Under the pieces are notes generated by a model that was not told the DNA's origin, ran no database searches, and saw only the letters and a program-made list of their open reading frames with translations. A program made the translations under genes and the position numbers. A stretch of 64,000 bases of DNA from Torpedo marmorata (taxonomy: Eukaryota), in NCBI GenBank assembly GCA_977017645.1, contig OZ360224.1, positions 44,764,001 through 44,828,000 of the forward strand, given 5' to 3'. Positions 51,703 to 62,061 of this stretch are shown one piece after another; position 1 is the first letter of the stretch; each line of letters begins with the position of its first letter.

Positions 51703-54060
51703 TTTCAAGTTCATGTTCAAGTTTATTATCATCTGACTGTACATATACAACGAAACAAAACTTTGTTTCTCCAGACCACGGTGCACACATATACACACAC
51801 AATACACAGTACGTAATAATCACATACAAACATAAAGATACCATTTAAAATGAATGTATATAAATATTTTGGGATGGGTTACTTGGTTATAGGATGCTGC
51901 TCATCAATCTCAAACCCTGTGGGAAGAAGCTATTTCCCAGCCTGGCAGTCCTGATTTTGATGCTCCTGTACCTCCTTGTTGATGGTACTGGGTCAAAGAT
52001 ACTGTGTGCTGGATGGAAAGGGTCTTCGATAATTCTTTGAGCCATATTTAAGCAATGCTTCTGGTAAACATCACTAATAGAGGAAAGGGAGGCCCCAGTG
52101 ATCTTCTTGGCCTTTTTGATGATTCTCTGTATTGACTTATGGTCCGATGCTTTGCAGCTAGCATACCATATAATGATGCAGCCAGACAGGACACTCTCAG
52201 TTGTGCTCCTGTCACAATTTGTCAAGATAAGGGCCAGTAGCCTTGCCCTACTAACCCTCCTTAGGAAGTGGGTCCAGGATAGTTATCCTTTATATGCACA
52301 CCAAGGAATTCTGTTCTCTCCATTCTCTCCACTCTCTCATTGATGTACAATGAAGAGTAGTCGACCTTCATCCTCATTAAGTCCACAATCATCTCCTTTG
52401 TCTTGTCAATGTTGGGACTCAAGTTGTTGTTCTTGCACCATTTTACCAACCTCCTCTCGATAAGACAACTCATCATTGTTGACGATGAGGCCAACTATTG
52501 TTGTATCATCTGCAAATTTGATGATTCTGTTGGAACTGAATTTGGCAGTGCAGTCGTGAGTCAGCAGCGTGAACAGTAGTGGGCTGAGCATACAGCCCTG
52601 AGGTGCGCCAGTGCTCAACGTGATGGGGCTTGAGTTTTTGCTGCCAACCTGGACTGACTTTGGTGTTTCGGTCAAGAGGTCGTGAACCCAGTTGCAGAGA
52701 GGAGTGTTGTCCCAGCGAGGACAGTTTATTAGTTTAACCTCTGACGTATGATCGTGTTGAATGCCGAGCTGAAGTCAATGAACAACAGCCTGGGTGGTTC
52801 TGGACAGAGGGGAGGTCAAGGCTATTGTATCGTCTGTGGATTGGATTGGTTCCAATATCACTGGAAGTTATAACTTGATGCGTTCTATTACCATTTGCTC
52901 AAAGCACTTCATAATCGGAGAGCCACTGGGCAGTAGCTATTTAGTCTGGTTACTCTCGCTCCCTTGGGCACTGGGATCATGGTGGCTGCTTTGAATCCTG
53001 CAGGGACAGTGGACTGCTGCAGTGAGATGCTGAAGATGTCCATTGGGACCTCTGTCAGCTCGGCTATACAGTTCTTCAGCACCTGACCAGGTATGTTGTC
53101 TGGTCCTGTTGCTTTCTGTGGGTTTATTATGGATAGGATCCTCCTCACCTCAGCCGTGGCTATGCAGGGGGCCTGCTCTTCAGTGGGAGATGAGGCTTTC
53201 TTTGGTGTTACATTCTTTTATTCATTAAACTGTGCGTGGAAGGTATTCAACCTGTCAGGAACCGCAGAGTTGTCTTATAGTCAGTTATGGTTTGAATACC
53301 CCTGCCACCAGCGTCTTGTGTTACTGGTGTCACACAGGTGTCTGGATTCTCAGTGTATACCCATGCTTTCCCTTCCTGATTGCATGGGATAGCTCAGCCC
53401 TTATTGATCTTAATGTTATCTTGTCACTCAAGCTGAAGGCAGCGTCACGAGCTCTGAGTAATGGACAAACCTCCGCGTCTAGCCATGGTTTCTGATTTGG
53501 CCTGGCTGTATGGTGTTTGATCACCTTAACATCCTCAATGCACTTGGCTATGTAGCTAGTCACTGAACTCAGGTCCTGATCTCACTGTGAACTTGTTTGA
53601 CTTGTTTTAACTGTGGTCTATTTATACAGGGATTGGCAGAATGGATACATAGTCTCAATATCCAAGCTGGGGGCAGGAGGTGGGGTAGACTTGAATGCTC
53701 CAGGGACATTTGTGTAGACAAGATCTAAGATATTCTCTCCTCTGGTTGCAAAGTTTAAATGTTGTTGGAACTTTGGCAGGACTGTTGTTAAGTTGACGGG
53801 ATTGAAGTCACCAGCAACAATCATACAGTGAGTTGCCTGGACTTCACAGATGGCCGTGTAAAGCTCTCTCAGTGCTTCACCAGCATTTGCTGAAGGAGGA
53901 ACATAAACCACTGTAATTTGAGGGGCTGTGAATTCCCTGGTAAGTAGAAGTGCCTGCACTTCACCATTAAGAACTCTAGCTCTGGTGAGCAGTAGGCCTT
54001 TACTGTGGAAACATTTGTACACCAGTCCTTGTTGATGTGGATGCACAAACCCCCTCTTAC
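51703..54060 (-). mobile_element. Rex1/Babar-type LINE, frameshifted endonuclease and RT
   Basis: ORF pieces include VVYVPPSAN...IVAGDFN (endonuclease), [30 protein letters not shown]...[12 protein letters not shown] (RT) and ESVLSGCIIIWY. The tail is (tgaact)n. Confidence 0.9.
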
Positions 54061-54079
54061 CGAACGGCAGCATTTCTAT

Positions 54080-54530
54080 CTGCTCTAGAGGAGATAACAG
54101 GCCTTTCAACCCAACGTATTCATACCAACCACGTTGTCCACCTAAGTTAGTCCCATTTGCCTGCATTTGTACCTTTTCATCTTGTTGTTTCATATCCATG
54201 CCCCCGTCTAAATGAATTTTAAATCTTCCTGCTTCTACTACTTCCTCTGATAGCTCATTCCATCTCCCTGATGTCCTGTGTGTGAAGAAAATGTGGGCCA
54301 CAGGTCCCTTTTAAATCTTTCCTCTCTCATTTTAAATCCATGCCATTAATTTTAGTCTTTTTCCCAGGGTAGGTGAATCTAAAACTAATGATCATTTATC
54401 TTATATTTGTCCCCTCATGATTTTATAAACCTCTATTTTGACCTTCCTTAGCTTCCCAAGTTCTAAGGAAAAAGTCCCAGCTTATCCAGTATCTCCTTAT
54501 AATTGAAGCTCAACATTCCCAGTCACATTC
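54080..54530 (-). mobile_element. CR1 LINE 3' fragment
   Basis: Reads FFTHR..GRWNELSEEVVEAG.FKIHLD. Its probable tail (atagagtcattgggtcatagag) lies at about 51681-51702, beyond the Rex1 insertion. Confidence 0.75.
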
Positions 54531-54614
54531 CTCTAATGGAGTTAATGTCTGATTAAGACCATAAGACCCGATAGTGTGCATCCCAGGAATCATAAAAGAG
54601 GAAGTGACAACAAC

Positions 54615-54875
54615 CGTGGGCAGCGTGGTTAGCGCAACACTATTAAAACGTCTGCGGCCCGGGTTCAAATCTGGTGCTGTCTGTAAGGATTTTGTATGCC
54701 CTCCCTGTGTCTGCGTGGGTTTTCCCTGAGTGCTCCAGTTTTCCTCTACCCTCCAAAACATATGGGGTTTGCAGTTTGATTGGTTTACTTTGGCAGCGTG
54801 GGCTTATGTGCTGGAAGGGCCTTGTTGCCATGCTGTACGTCTAATATAATTTAATTTAATTTTATTTTATTTTAT
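54615..54875 (+). mobile_element. tRNA-derived SINE (HE1/V-SINE-like)
   Basis: A-box-like gtggttagcg, B-box-like gggttcaaatc, core tccctgtgtctgcgtgggttttccc...gtgctccagtttt, CR1-like 3' end and AT-rich tail. Confidence 0.8.
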
Positions 54876-55382
54876 TTAACGATAGTGGATGCAGGGCTTG
54901 CAATTTTTGAAATGCTCTTTGGGTCTGGAGAAGCACTGGAGGACGAGAAGGTTGTCAGTGTTATACCTGCATTCAAAAAGGAAAGGCAGCAAATACTAAG
55001 TAACTGTCAGCCTTTTAGATTAATTTCTGTTGTTGGAAAAATGTTAGCATTAATTTTTGAGGAAGTAGTAGCAGCACACACCTGAAATATCATAATCTAA
55101 TTAAGTAGAGTCAGCACAGCTTCATGAAGGGGAAATTATGTCGTGCAAATTTATTAGCATTCTTTGAGGAAGTGTCAGCCGGTGAAAAAACTCAACAATC
55201 TATTATAAATTGATTGACTAACCAACTTTATTTTGAGATATGTACTCTGGGAGCTGGAATTGCAGACACGGTAAGGTATGGCCATGGCAGGAACAAGGAA
55301 GCTGGAGGAAGCCGGTGAAGTAGTATGAGAATTGGCAGGATCCCTTATACAGATGGCAGCATACCATAACCGTAAGTTGATA

Positions 55383-55738
55383 GAGTAAAAGTCCAAAAAT
55401 CCGGATGCCAGAAATCCGGACCATCCGAGAATCCAGCCTTCTCGAAAACTCTCAAACTTTTAAAATTTAGCGGGCTTTTGTGTGTGTGAGTGCATGTGTA
55501 AGCACCGCAGATGCACAGAGGTTGTGGAAATTGATGAATAAATATTGATTTGTTTTTTGTACTTTGTATTTTATATGAAAAAATGTTTTGTTAATAAACT
55601 ATCAAAATTTACCTGTTCATCTATCTCTTCTTTATTCTCTTTAAATTTGAATTTTTAAAGTACTGCCCGAGAATCCGGAAAATCTAAAAATCGGACCGAC
55701 CCAATCCCCGAGCAGTCCAGACTTTAGGACTTTTACTG
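55383..55738. mobile_element. MITE, Tc1/mariner-pogo-like
   Basis: TA|gagtaaaagtcc...ggacttttactg|TA gives terminal inverted repeats with a TA duplication. Subterminal aatccgga repeats are present. Confidence 0.8.
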
Positions 55739-56289
55739 TATATTTGAATTTTCAAAAGGCATTGGGCAAGTTGTCACACCAAAAGTTATTTTGCACGATA
55801 GTATTAGTGGTAATAGATCAGCCTGGATGGAGGACTATCTAAATGGCAGGAAGCAATGCCTAGGCATAAGAAGATAATTTTCAGGTTGGCAAACTGTAAC
55901 CAATAGGTCATCAGAGAGATCAGCTTTGGCTGCAGCTGTTTACAAATATATTACTAATTTTGAGAAAGGAGGTTAAAGAACTGAAGCCACATTTGCAAAT
56001 GTAAATTTTGCGGCAAGTTGTGAGGAGGACACAGACAGTTACCAGAGAGAAATGGATAGATTAAATATGTGGGCATTAGCTGGCAATTGAGCAAAATGTG
56101 AGAACAAAATGTGGTTGACTTTGGAATGAAGAATGATTATTGCTTCAGTGGAGAATGTCTGCAAAAAGATGGAGGATGAAGGATTTGGGAGTCTGTGTAC
56201 ATGAAACACAGAAATCTACTATACTGGTGCAGCAGATAATTAGGAAAACTATAATACTTGCTTTTTATCAGCATCAATAGCCTGAAGCA

Positions 56290-56533
56290 GCACCAATAGC
56301 CTGAATACGACTGGGATTGTCTGATCTTGGAAGCTAAGCAGGCACAGGACTGGTCAGTACTTGGAGGGGAGACCGCCAAGGAACACCAGGTGCTGTAGGT
56401 TTCTGTGAGGGGCGCTGGACAAAGTAGCGACCCTCTGTCTGCCTTACGGTAGACAAAAATTAAAGAATTTCATGTATGTTACATTCTAAATGTAGTATTA
56501 CGTGACAATAATGGAACCTTTACCTTTACCTTT
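56290..56533 (+). mobile_element. 5S rRNA-derived SINE, near full length
   Basis: 5S-like head to about 56402, body, and (tttacc)n tail. I count 5 differences from the copy at 50561-50798. Confidence 0.92.
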
Positions 56534-56800
56534 ATTTCAAGAAGATTTATGTCTAAATGTAGGAAAATCCCACGACTACCATACAAGATACTAATTAGGC
56601 CATACCTTAGTGACTGTGAACAGTCTTGTTTAAATAAATATATTTTATCTATAGAGGCAGCTTAGACAAGGCTCACTTGGATGATGCCAAGGGGGCAAGG
56701 ATCATCTTAGGACCAAAGATGAGTAGGGATCAAAAAATTATTTTCAGGTTGGCAGTCTGTAACCAACAGGAGATCACAGGGCTCCGTTTTGGCTGCAGCT

Positions 56801-56803
<3 letters not shown>

Positions 56804-56844
<41 letters not shown>
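56804..56844. repeat. (TA)n microsatellite
   Basis: Seen directly. Confidence 0.95.
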
Positions 56845-56848
<4 letters not shown>

Positions 56849-57299
56849 GATTTTGAGGAAGGAAGTGAATGAAAATAAACCACATTTACAAATGTAGATT
56901 TTGAAGTAAGTTGTGAGGATATGAAGAGTTAATAGGTTGGGTCAAAACTCACTGGAGTTTAGGAAGGAGAGATGATCTTTATTTAATCTTAAGATTCTTA
57001 GGAGGCTGGACAGGGTAAATGGTGGGGTATTTTGGCTTGTGATAGAGCCTGGAATCAGAGGCCATTGTCTAAGAACATAGGGTTGCATGTTTAAGATTGA
57101 GGTAAAGGAGAATTTTTTCTCTCAAAAGGATGTGGGCTTTAAGAATTCCCTTGCTCTGTAAAGCTTTGGGGACTGTATCCTTGAATATACCGTATTCAAA
57201 GCTGAGATAATTAGGTTTTTATTCAGTGAGGGAATTATGGGGACAAGGTGAAATAAATACTCAAGAAAGTTGGATTAGCAATCATTTAAAAAATCTTTT

Positions 57300-57555
57300 A
57301 AAATTTAATTTTTTTTTAGACATACAGCACAGTAACAGGCCCTTCCGGCCCATGAGCCTGTGCCACCCAATTACACCCAAATGACCTACAACCACCGGTA
57401 CGTTTTGAAAGGTGGGAGGAAACCAGAGCACCCAGAGGAAACTCACATAGACACAGGGAGAAAATCCAAACTCCTTACAGATAGCGCCGGATTCGAACCT
57501 GGGTCGTTAGCACTGTAACAGCATTGCACTAACAACTTCGCTAACCGTGCCACCC
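57300..57555 (-). mobile_element. tRNA-derived SINE (HE1/V-SINE-like)
   Basis: The reverse complement has ggtggcacggttagcg and the B-box ggttcgaatcc, with the same core and tail as 54615-54875. Confidence 0.85.
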
Positions 57556-57964
57556 TTAATCTTATTGAACGGCAGAATAGGTTTAAGGGGACAAATTGAT
57601 TGGTTCTGTTCTTATATTTTAATGATCTTATGGTCTAATCAAAGTTAGTAAATTCTCCTAACTTTTACAAATTGCTCCAGCCACTATCAGCAGAGATTCC
57701 AAAAAGTAAATTAATATCTTTTGAGCTTGGGAACAAGAAGAGCATCACCTTAGGCTCCATAAAACTTGATTCAGTTATCAACTTTCTAGTTAACCCCGTA
57801 AGCAACCTAACATTCTCAGAAAGCCAAGTAGAGCAACTGATAATGTTATGATTTGGAGTTATCCGCAGAGTAACTGATTTACAGTTGCCAAATGTGAACT
57901 TGAGTATAATTGGTCACTGTTCAAAATGGCTCTCTGCAGGATCTATTGAATAGCCACCTGGAGT

Positions 57965-58705
57965 TAAACAAGAAAGTTTGTAGACACTTTGATTGTAGTT
58001 TAATACACAAAAGTGTTGGAGAAACTCAGTACAGGCCTCACAACATCCATAGAAATCAAAGATATATAACCAACGTTTCGGGCCTGAGCCCTTCTTCAAG
58101 GTATGAGCAAAAAGCAGGCAGGCACCTGAATAAAAAGGAGGGAGGAGAAGTAAAAAGGGGGCAGGGGGAGGAGCACAGTCCAACAGGCAAGAGGTCATAG
58201 GTGGATATGGGTGGGAGGGCAGAAGAGATAAAAATCTGGGAAGTGATAGGGGGAGTGGGTAGCTGTCTGAATGCAGAGGGAAGGGCGTGAGGAGCTGGAA
58301 GAAAGGAGAGATAGGGAAAGGGAAAGAGAGAGGGAGACACTGGAGAGTCCAAATGGAAACTGGAGAAGTTGATGTTAATGCTATCTGGTTGGAGAGTGCC
58401 CAGACGGAATATTACGTGTTGTTCCTCCAATTTGGGGGTGGCCTCTGTTTGGCTGTGCATGAGGCCATGGACAGACATGTCGCTGTTGGAATGGGGCACG
58501 GAATTGAAATAATTGGCCACTGGGAAGTCCCTGCTATTGCAGTGGACAGAGTGAAGGTGCTCAACGAAATGATCTCCCAGTCTGCGTCCAATCTCTCCGA
58601 AATAGAGGAGGCCACAACATGCACACCTGATGCAGTAGATGACCCCTGCAGAGTTGCTTCATTTGGAAGGACTGTTTGGGGCCCAGAATGGTGGTGAGGA
58701 AGGGC
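57965..58705 (-). mobile_element. Penelope-like element 3' fragment
   Basis: ORF 58056-58520 reads ANYFNSVPHSNSDMSVHGLMH...KLEEQHVIFRLGTLQPDSININFSSF. The shared terminus carries a hammerhead-like motif. Confidence 0.88.
58063..58106 (-). ncRNA. Minimal type I hammerhead-like motif in a Penelope terminus
   Basis: Minus strand reads AUACC UUGAAGA A GGGC UCAG GCCC GAAAC GUU GGUUAU. Confidence 0.6.
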
Positions 58706-59044
58706 CCAAAATGTTGGTTCCTATGCAGTGATAACAGATGAAAGAGGGAAAACAAGTACCTATCACTGATGTCCTTACTGAGAAAATTACTATCTGCCTT
58801 TTGATCTCTTCAATTAATTCTGCTTCATTAGTTTTATAAACAATGTTTCCTGGGTTCATTTTTACAGTGTCAATTCTAATTCAAAATATATGGGGATAAC
58901 TCTAACAAATGAGATTTTTCACCTGATCATTAAATGCCCCACTAATTTTCACTTCTGCTGCTTATGCTCATACTCACTTAAATGTCATTCAACATCTTTA
59001 ATTGGGCTAGATTCTCCAGTTAGAGGAGTTCCTTATCAGACCTA

Positions 59045-59575
59045 AGTGATCCCACCAAGAGACATATTCCCCTCTCCTCCCCTCTCCGCTCCCTCCATGA
59101 CTCCCTTGTCCACTCCTCCATCCCCACCAATCGACCCCTTGACACCTACCCCTGTGACGGCAGGAGATTCTCCACTTGCGTCCACATGTCCTCCTTCACC
59201 ACCATTCAGGGCCCCAAACAGTCCTTCCAAGTGAAGAAACAATTCACTTGTGAATCTGCAGGGGTCATCTACTGCATCCGGTGCTTCCTTTGTGGTTTCC
59301 TCTACATCGGAGAGACTGGGTGCAGACTGGGAGATCACTTTGTTGAGCACCTCAGCTTTATCCACCACAATAGCATGGATCTCCCAGTGGCCACCCATTT
59401 CAATTCCCTGTCCCATTCCCTTGCTGACATGTCTCTCCATGTTCTCGTTCATTGCCAGACTGAGACTGAGTAACAACACTTCATCTTCTGCCTGGGCACC
59501 CTTCAGCTGGATGACATTAATATCGACTTCTCCGGCTTCTGTTAACCCCCTCCCCACATTTTTCTTCCTCCTTTG

Positions 59576-59623
<48 letters not shown>

Positions 59624-59905
59624 CTTTTCCCCCTGTCTCCTTTCACAGAGCCAAAATCAATTCTCACCACTCCCCTTACATTATCCAATTAACAACTTTC
59701 GTTGGCCTGGACTCCTCCCCCAGCCAGTCTTGTCTTTATTCTGATGCCTTCCTGTTCTTTGCTTATTCCTTGAAGAAGGGCTCAGGCCCGAAACGTCGGT
59801 AATATATCTTTACCTCGTATGGACGCTGAGAGACCAACCGAGTTCCTCCAGCATTTCTGTGTGTTTTTACTACAATCACAGCGACTGCAGACTTTCGTGT
59901 TTCAC
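59045..59905 (+). mobile_element. Penelope-like element 3' fragment
   Basis: ORF 59186-59473 reads QGPKQSFQVKKQFTCESAGVIYCIRC..CGFLYIGETGCRLGDHFVEHL (GIY-YIG). It includes (CT)n at 59577-59618 and the shared terminus. Confidence 0.9.
59763..59806 (+). ncRNA. Minimal type I hammerhead-like motif in a Penelope terminus
   Basis: UAUUCC UUGAAGA A GGGC UCAG GCCC GAAAC GUC GGUAAUA. Confidence 0.65.
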
Positions 59906-60844
59906 TTTTTCTCCCCTCCCTCATCAGACCTCCCTTAACTTCATCTTCAAGGGCCATAGCTTAGCCATTTCATACCAGAGATCCAAATGAGTTACATTTG
60001 GACACCTTTTTAAACCACTGCGATAAGGTGGAACACCCTAAAACGCAATATAATTTTCCAAATTAAGTTTTCTCCCAGTACAAGGTTTGCCCATGGACTT
60101 TTCCTTGGCACGTCAATTTGTTATATTAAAGCACAGGAAAATGATCAGTGCAAGGAGAACAATATCTAGGGAAGGAGTCCTTGCTGTTAAGAAAAAAAGG
60201 AGGGAACCTTACTAAATGGCAAAGATAAAATATGGGCCAAAAATACACCAGCAATTTCTTTTATTCATGATTGTTATATTTATAATTCAGTAAGAGAATA
60301 AAATATGATCAGTACAAAACAAATTACAAGGTAATTAGAGGCTAGTTATTATAATAGTGTTTTTTGTTTATTGGCCATTTTGGATTTAAAATGTTGATCT
60401 TAACACCCGCATCCACCCCCTCACCTCGCACTCCAAGTCAAATGAAACACATTCCTCAATGCTACTAAAGTTGCTAAAATTATGCCTTGAGGTATTCAGT
60501 GCTGTCACTAAAATCTGGTCACATCTAATTGACCACAATGTAAATCCCACAGCCCTGATGAATGAAGTACATATTTAGCATTTGATCTCATCTCAACATC
60601 TGACATTGTCAGTTCATGTATATCAGGAATTAGGAGGAGGCAAAGACTACTTTGTCCAAACCACGCATTTTAAGCAAATTTCAGAAGATTATCAAGGTGA
60701 GCTTGTGCCATCTCTACATGCATACTTACCATCAACTGTTCCTTGAATAGAATTGTCCAACTGGCAAGTATACCTATTAGTACATTTAAAAGGATCTCAA
60801 CACAAATTTTAAGAAAATGCACAAAATATTTCATTATTTGATTG

Positions 60845-60925
60845 TATACCATGCACTGTGATGCTGCCACAAAACAACAAATTTTGTGACTTGTTCATGA
60901 CAATAAATTCTGATTCTGATTCAGA
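60845..60925 (+). mobile_element. Rex1/Babar-type LINE extreme 3' end
   Basis: gcactgtgatgctgccacaaaacaacaaattttgtgacttgttcatgacaataaattctgattctgattc matches the reverse complement of about 24925-24998. Confidence 0.85.
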
Positions 60926-61139
60926 TTTGGATTCAATCTGAGGCAATCACACTAGAGTTTCTGCATTGGGAAGATTACAGCACCCCATTAAATTTAAAAT
61001 AATGTATGTGGCAATGTTTACCAGCACTAAAATATCACTGTGTTCTGCTCATTTTCCATTGGTTTAACATACAGTTTTGCTTCTCACTTTGCTCTCCCCT
61101 TTACCCTGCAAACTATAGTTTAAATGTGACAATTCGAGA

Positions 61140-61400
61140 AGTAGCAGTGGCTCCATTGGTGGTCATTTTGTTTCATCTGTGAACTTCGACAGGCTTTTAC
61201 ACAATGAAGTAGGGTCACAGCTGAGGCCAATTCAGTCCTCACGAGACGCACACATTCCTAACAGAGGTCATTGGATAGTTATCAGAACCAGAAACAGTGC
61301 TTCAGTTTGCCCCTCTCTACCGCTGGGTTACTGAATCTAATTATGTTATTCCCACTGCCTTCTCAGCTAAGATCAATTAGTTCACCATAGATCAAGTATT
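61140..61400 (-). mobile_element. Ancient SINE relic (AmnSINE2-like)
   Basis: The minus strand tgaactaattgatcttagctgagaaggcagtggg...ctgataactatccaatgacctctg...gtgaggactgaattggcctcagctgtga resembles my recollection of that consensus. Unverified. Confidence 0.45.
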
Positions 61401-61573
61401 TATGATTAAATATCAACTTGTGTATAGAATTTTCTTGTAATTTACTTGGACGTCTGACCATTTCCTTATCTGGAAATATTCTACCAAGTATATTTAATTC
61501 TTTTGCTAAATTAAGGAAAATGATGACAATGATTGTAATCTCATCATTTTAGTTCTGTATATAAACATTCAGT

Positions 61574-61574
61574 C

Positions 61575-61646
<72 letters not shown>
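61574..61646. repeat. Compound (AT)n(AC)n(GT)n microsatellite
   Basis: Seen directly. Confidence 0.95.
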
Positions 61647-61649
<3 letters not shown>

Positions 61650-61775
61650 TCATTATCAGAATTAATGCAGAATTTATTGCTGTCAATCAGCTTATCAGCA
61701 ATCTCCGGCACATTGGATCTTCACTTGTCCCCCATGCATAGTTGCATAGTAACTAAAAGTTTTTGTTCAGACAGC

Positions 61776-61950
61776 TTCTTGGCTTGGCTTCGCGAACGAA
61801 GATTTAGGAAGGATCGTAGACATGGGCATGTCCTTCGAGCCTGCGCAATGGATTTTTTAGGTAGAGTGCAGTGTGCGCAGTACTGGCCCCACCCTTTACA
61901 CCCGGGGTTTATCTGCCACGGCCTAGCAAGCTGGGACGGTGACCAGTGCT
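61776..61950 (-). mobile_element. Short RTE-related element
   Basis: The minus strand ends cttcgttcgcgaagccaagccaagaag (RTE-like 3' end) and is joined to a GC-rich segment. Confidence 0.45.
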
Positions 61951-62061
61951 GGACTAACGTAGTAGCAAAAGTAGCATAAGCTACGGGCCCCGCATTTTGA
62001 AGGGCTTTAAATGCTTGCTCTATTACTATAGTACAGGTGCCTAACCTTTTATCCGAAAAAA

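Larger units (their letters stand above)
50270..57635 (+). mobile_element. Old CR1 LINE spanning ORF2, split by many later insertions
   Basis: The start translates as LYLNANSIPNKVNE...YDLIDITVTWL (endonuclease start). 54885-55175 reads V.PAFKK..SNCQPFRLISVVGKML, followed by cagcacagcttcatgaagggga. A CR1-like 3'UTR lies at 57560-57635. Confidence 0.75.

Noticed and set aside
53618-54301. 227-aa ORF as a novel gene
   Set aside because: Chance read-through from a CR1 3' fragment into Rex1/Babar endonuclease sequence.
57480-57555. tRNA gene
   Set aside because: A and B boxes are present, but the sequence continues into a SINE core and tail and I see no convincing cloverleaf.
61860-61950. HDV-like ribozyme in the RTE-related segment (gtcccagc on the minus strand)
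   Set aside because: I could not build the P1, P3 and P1.1 nested pseudoknot. The similarity is only a short word.
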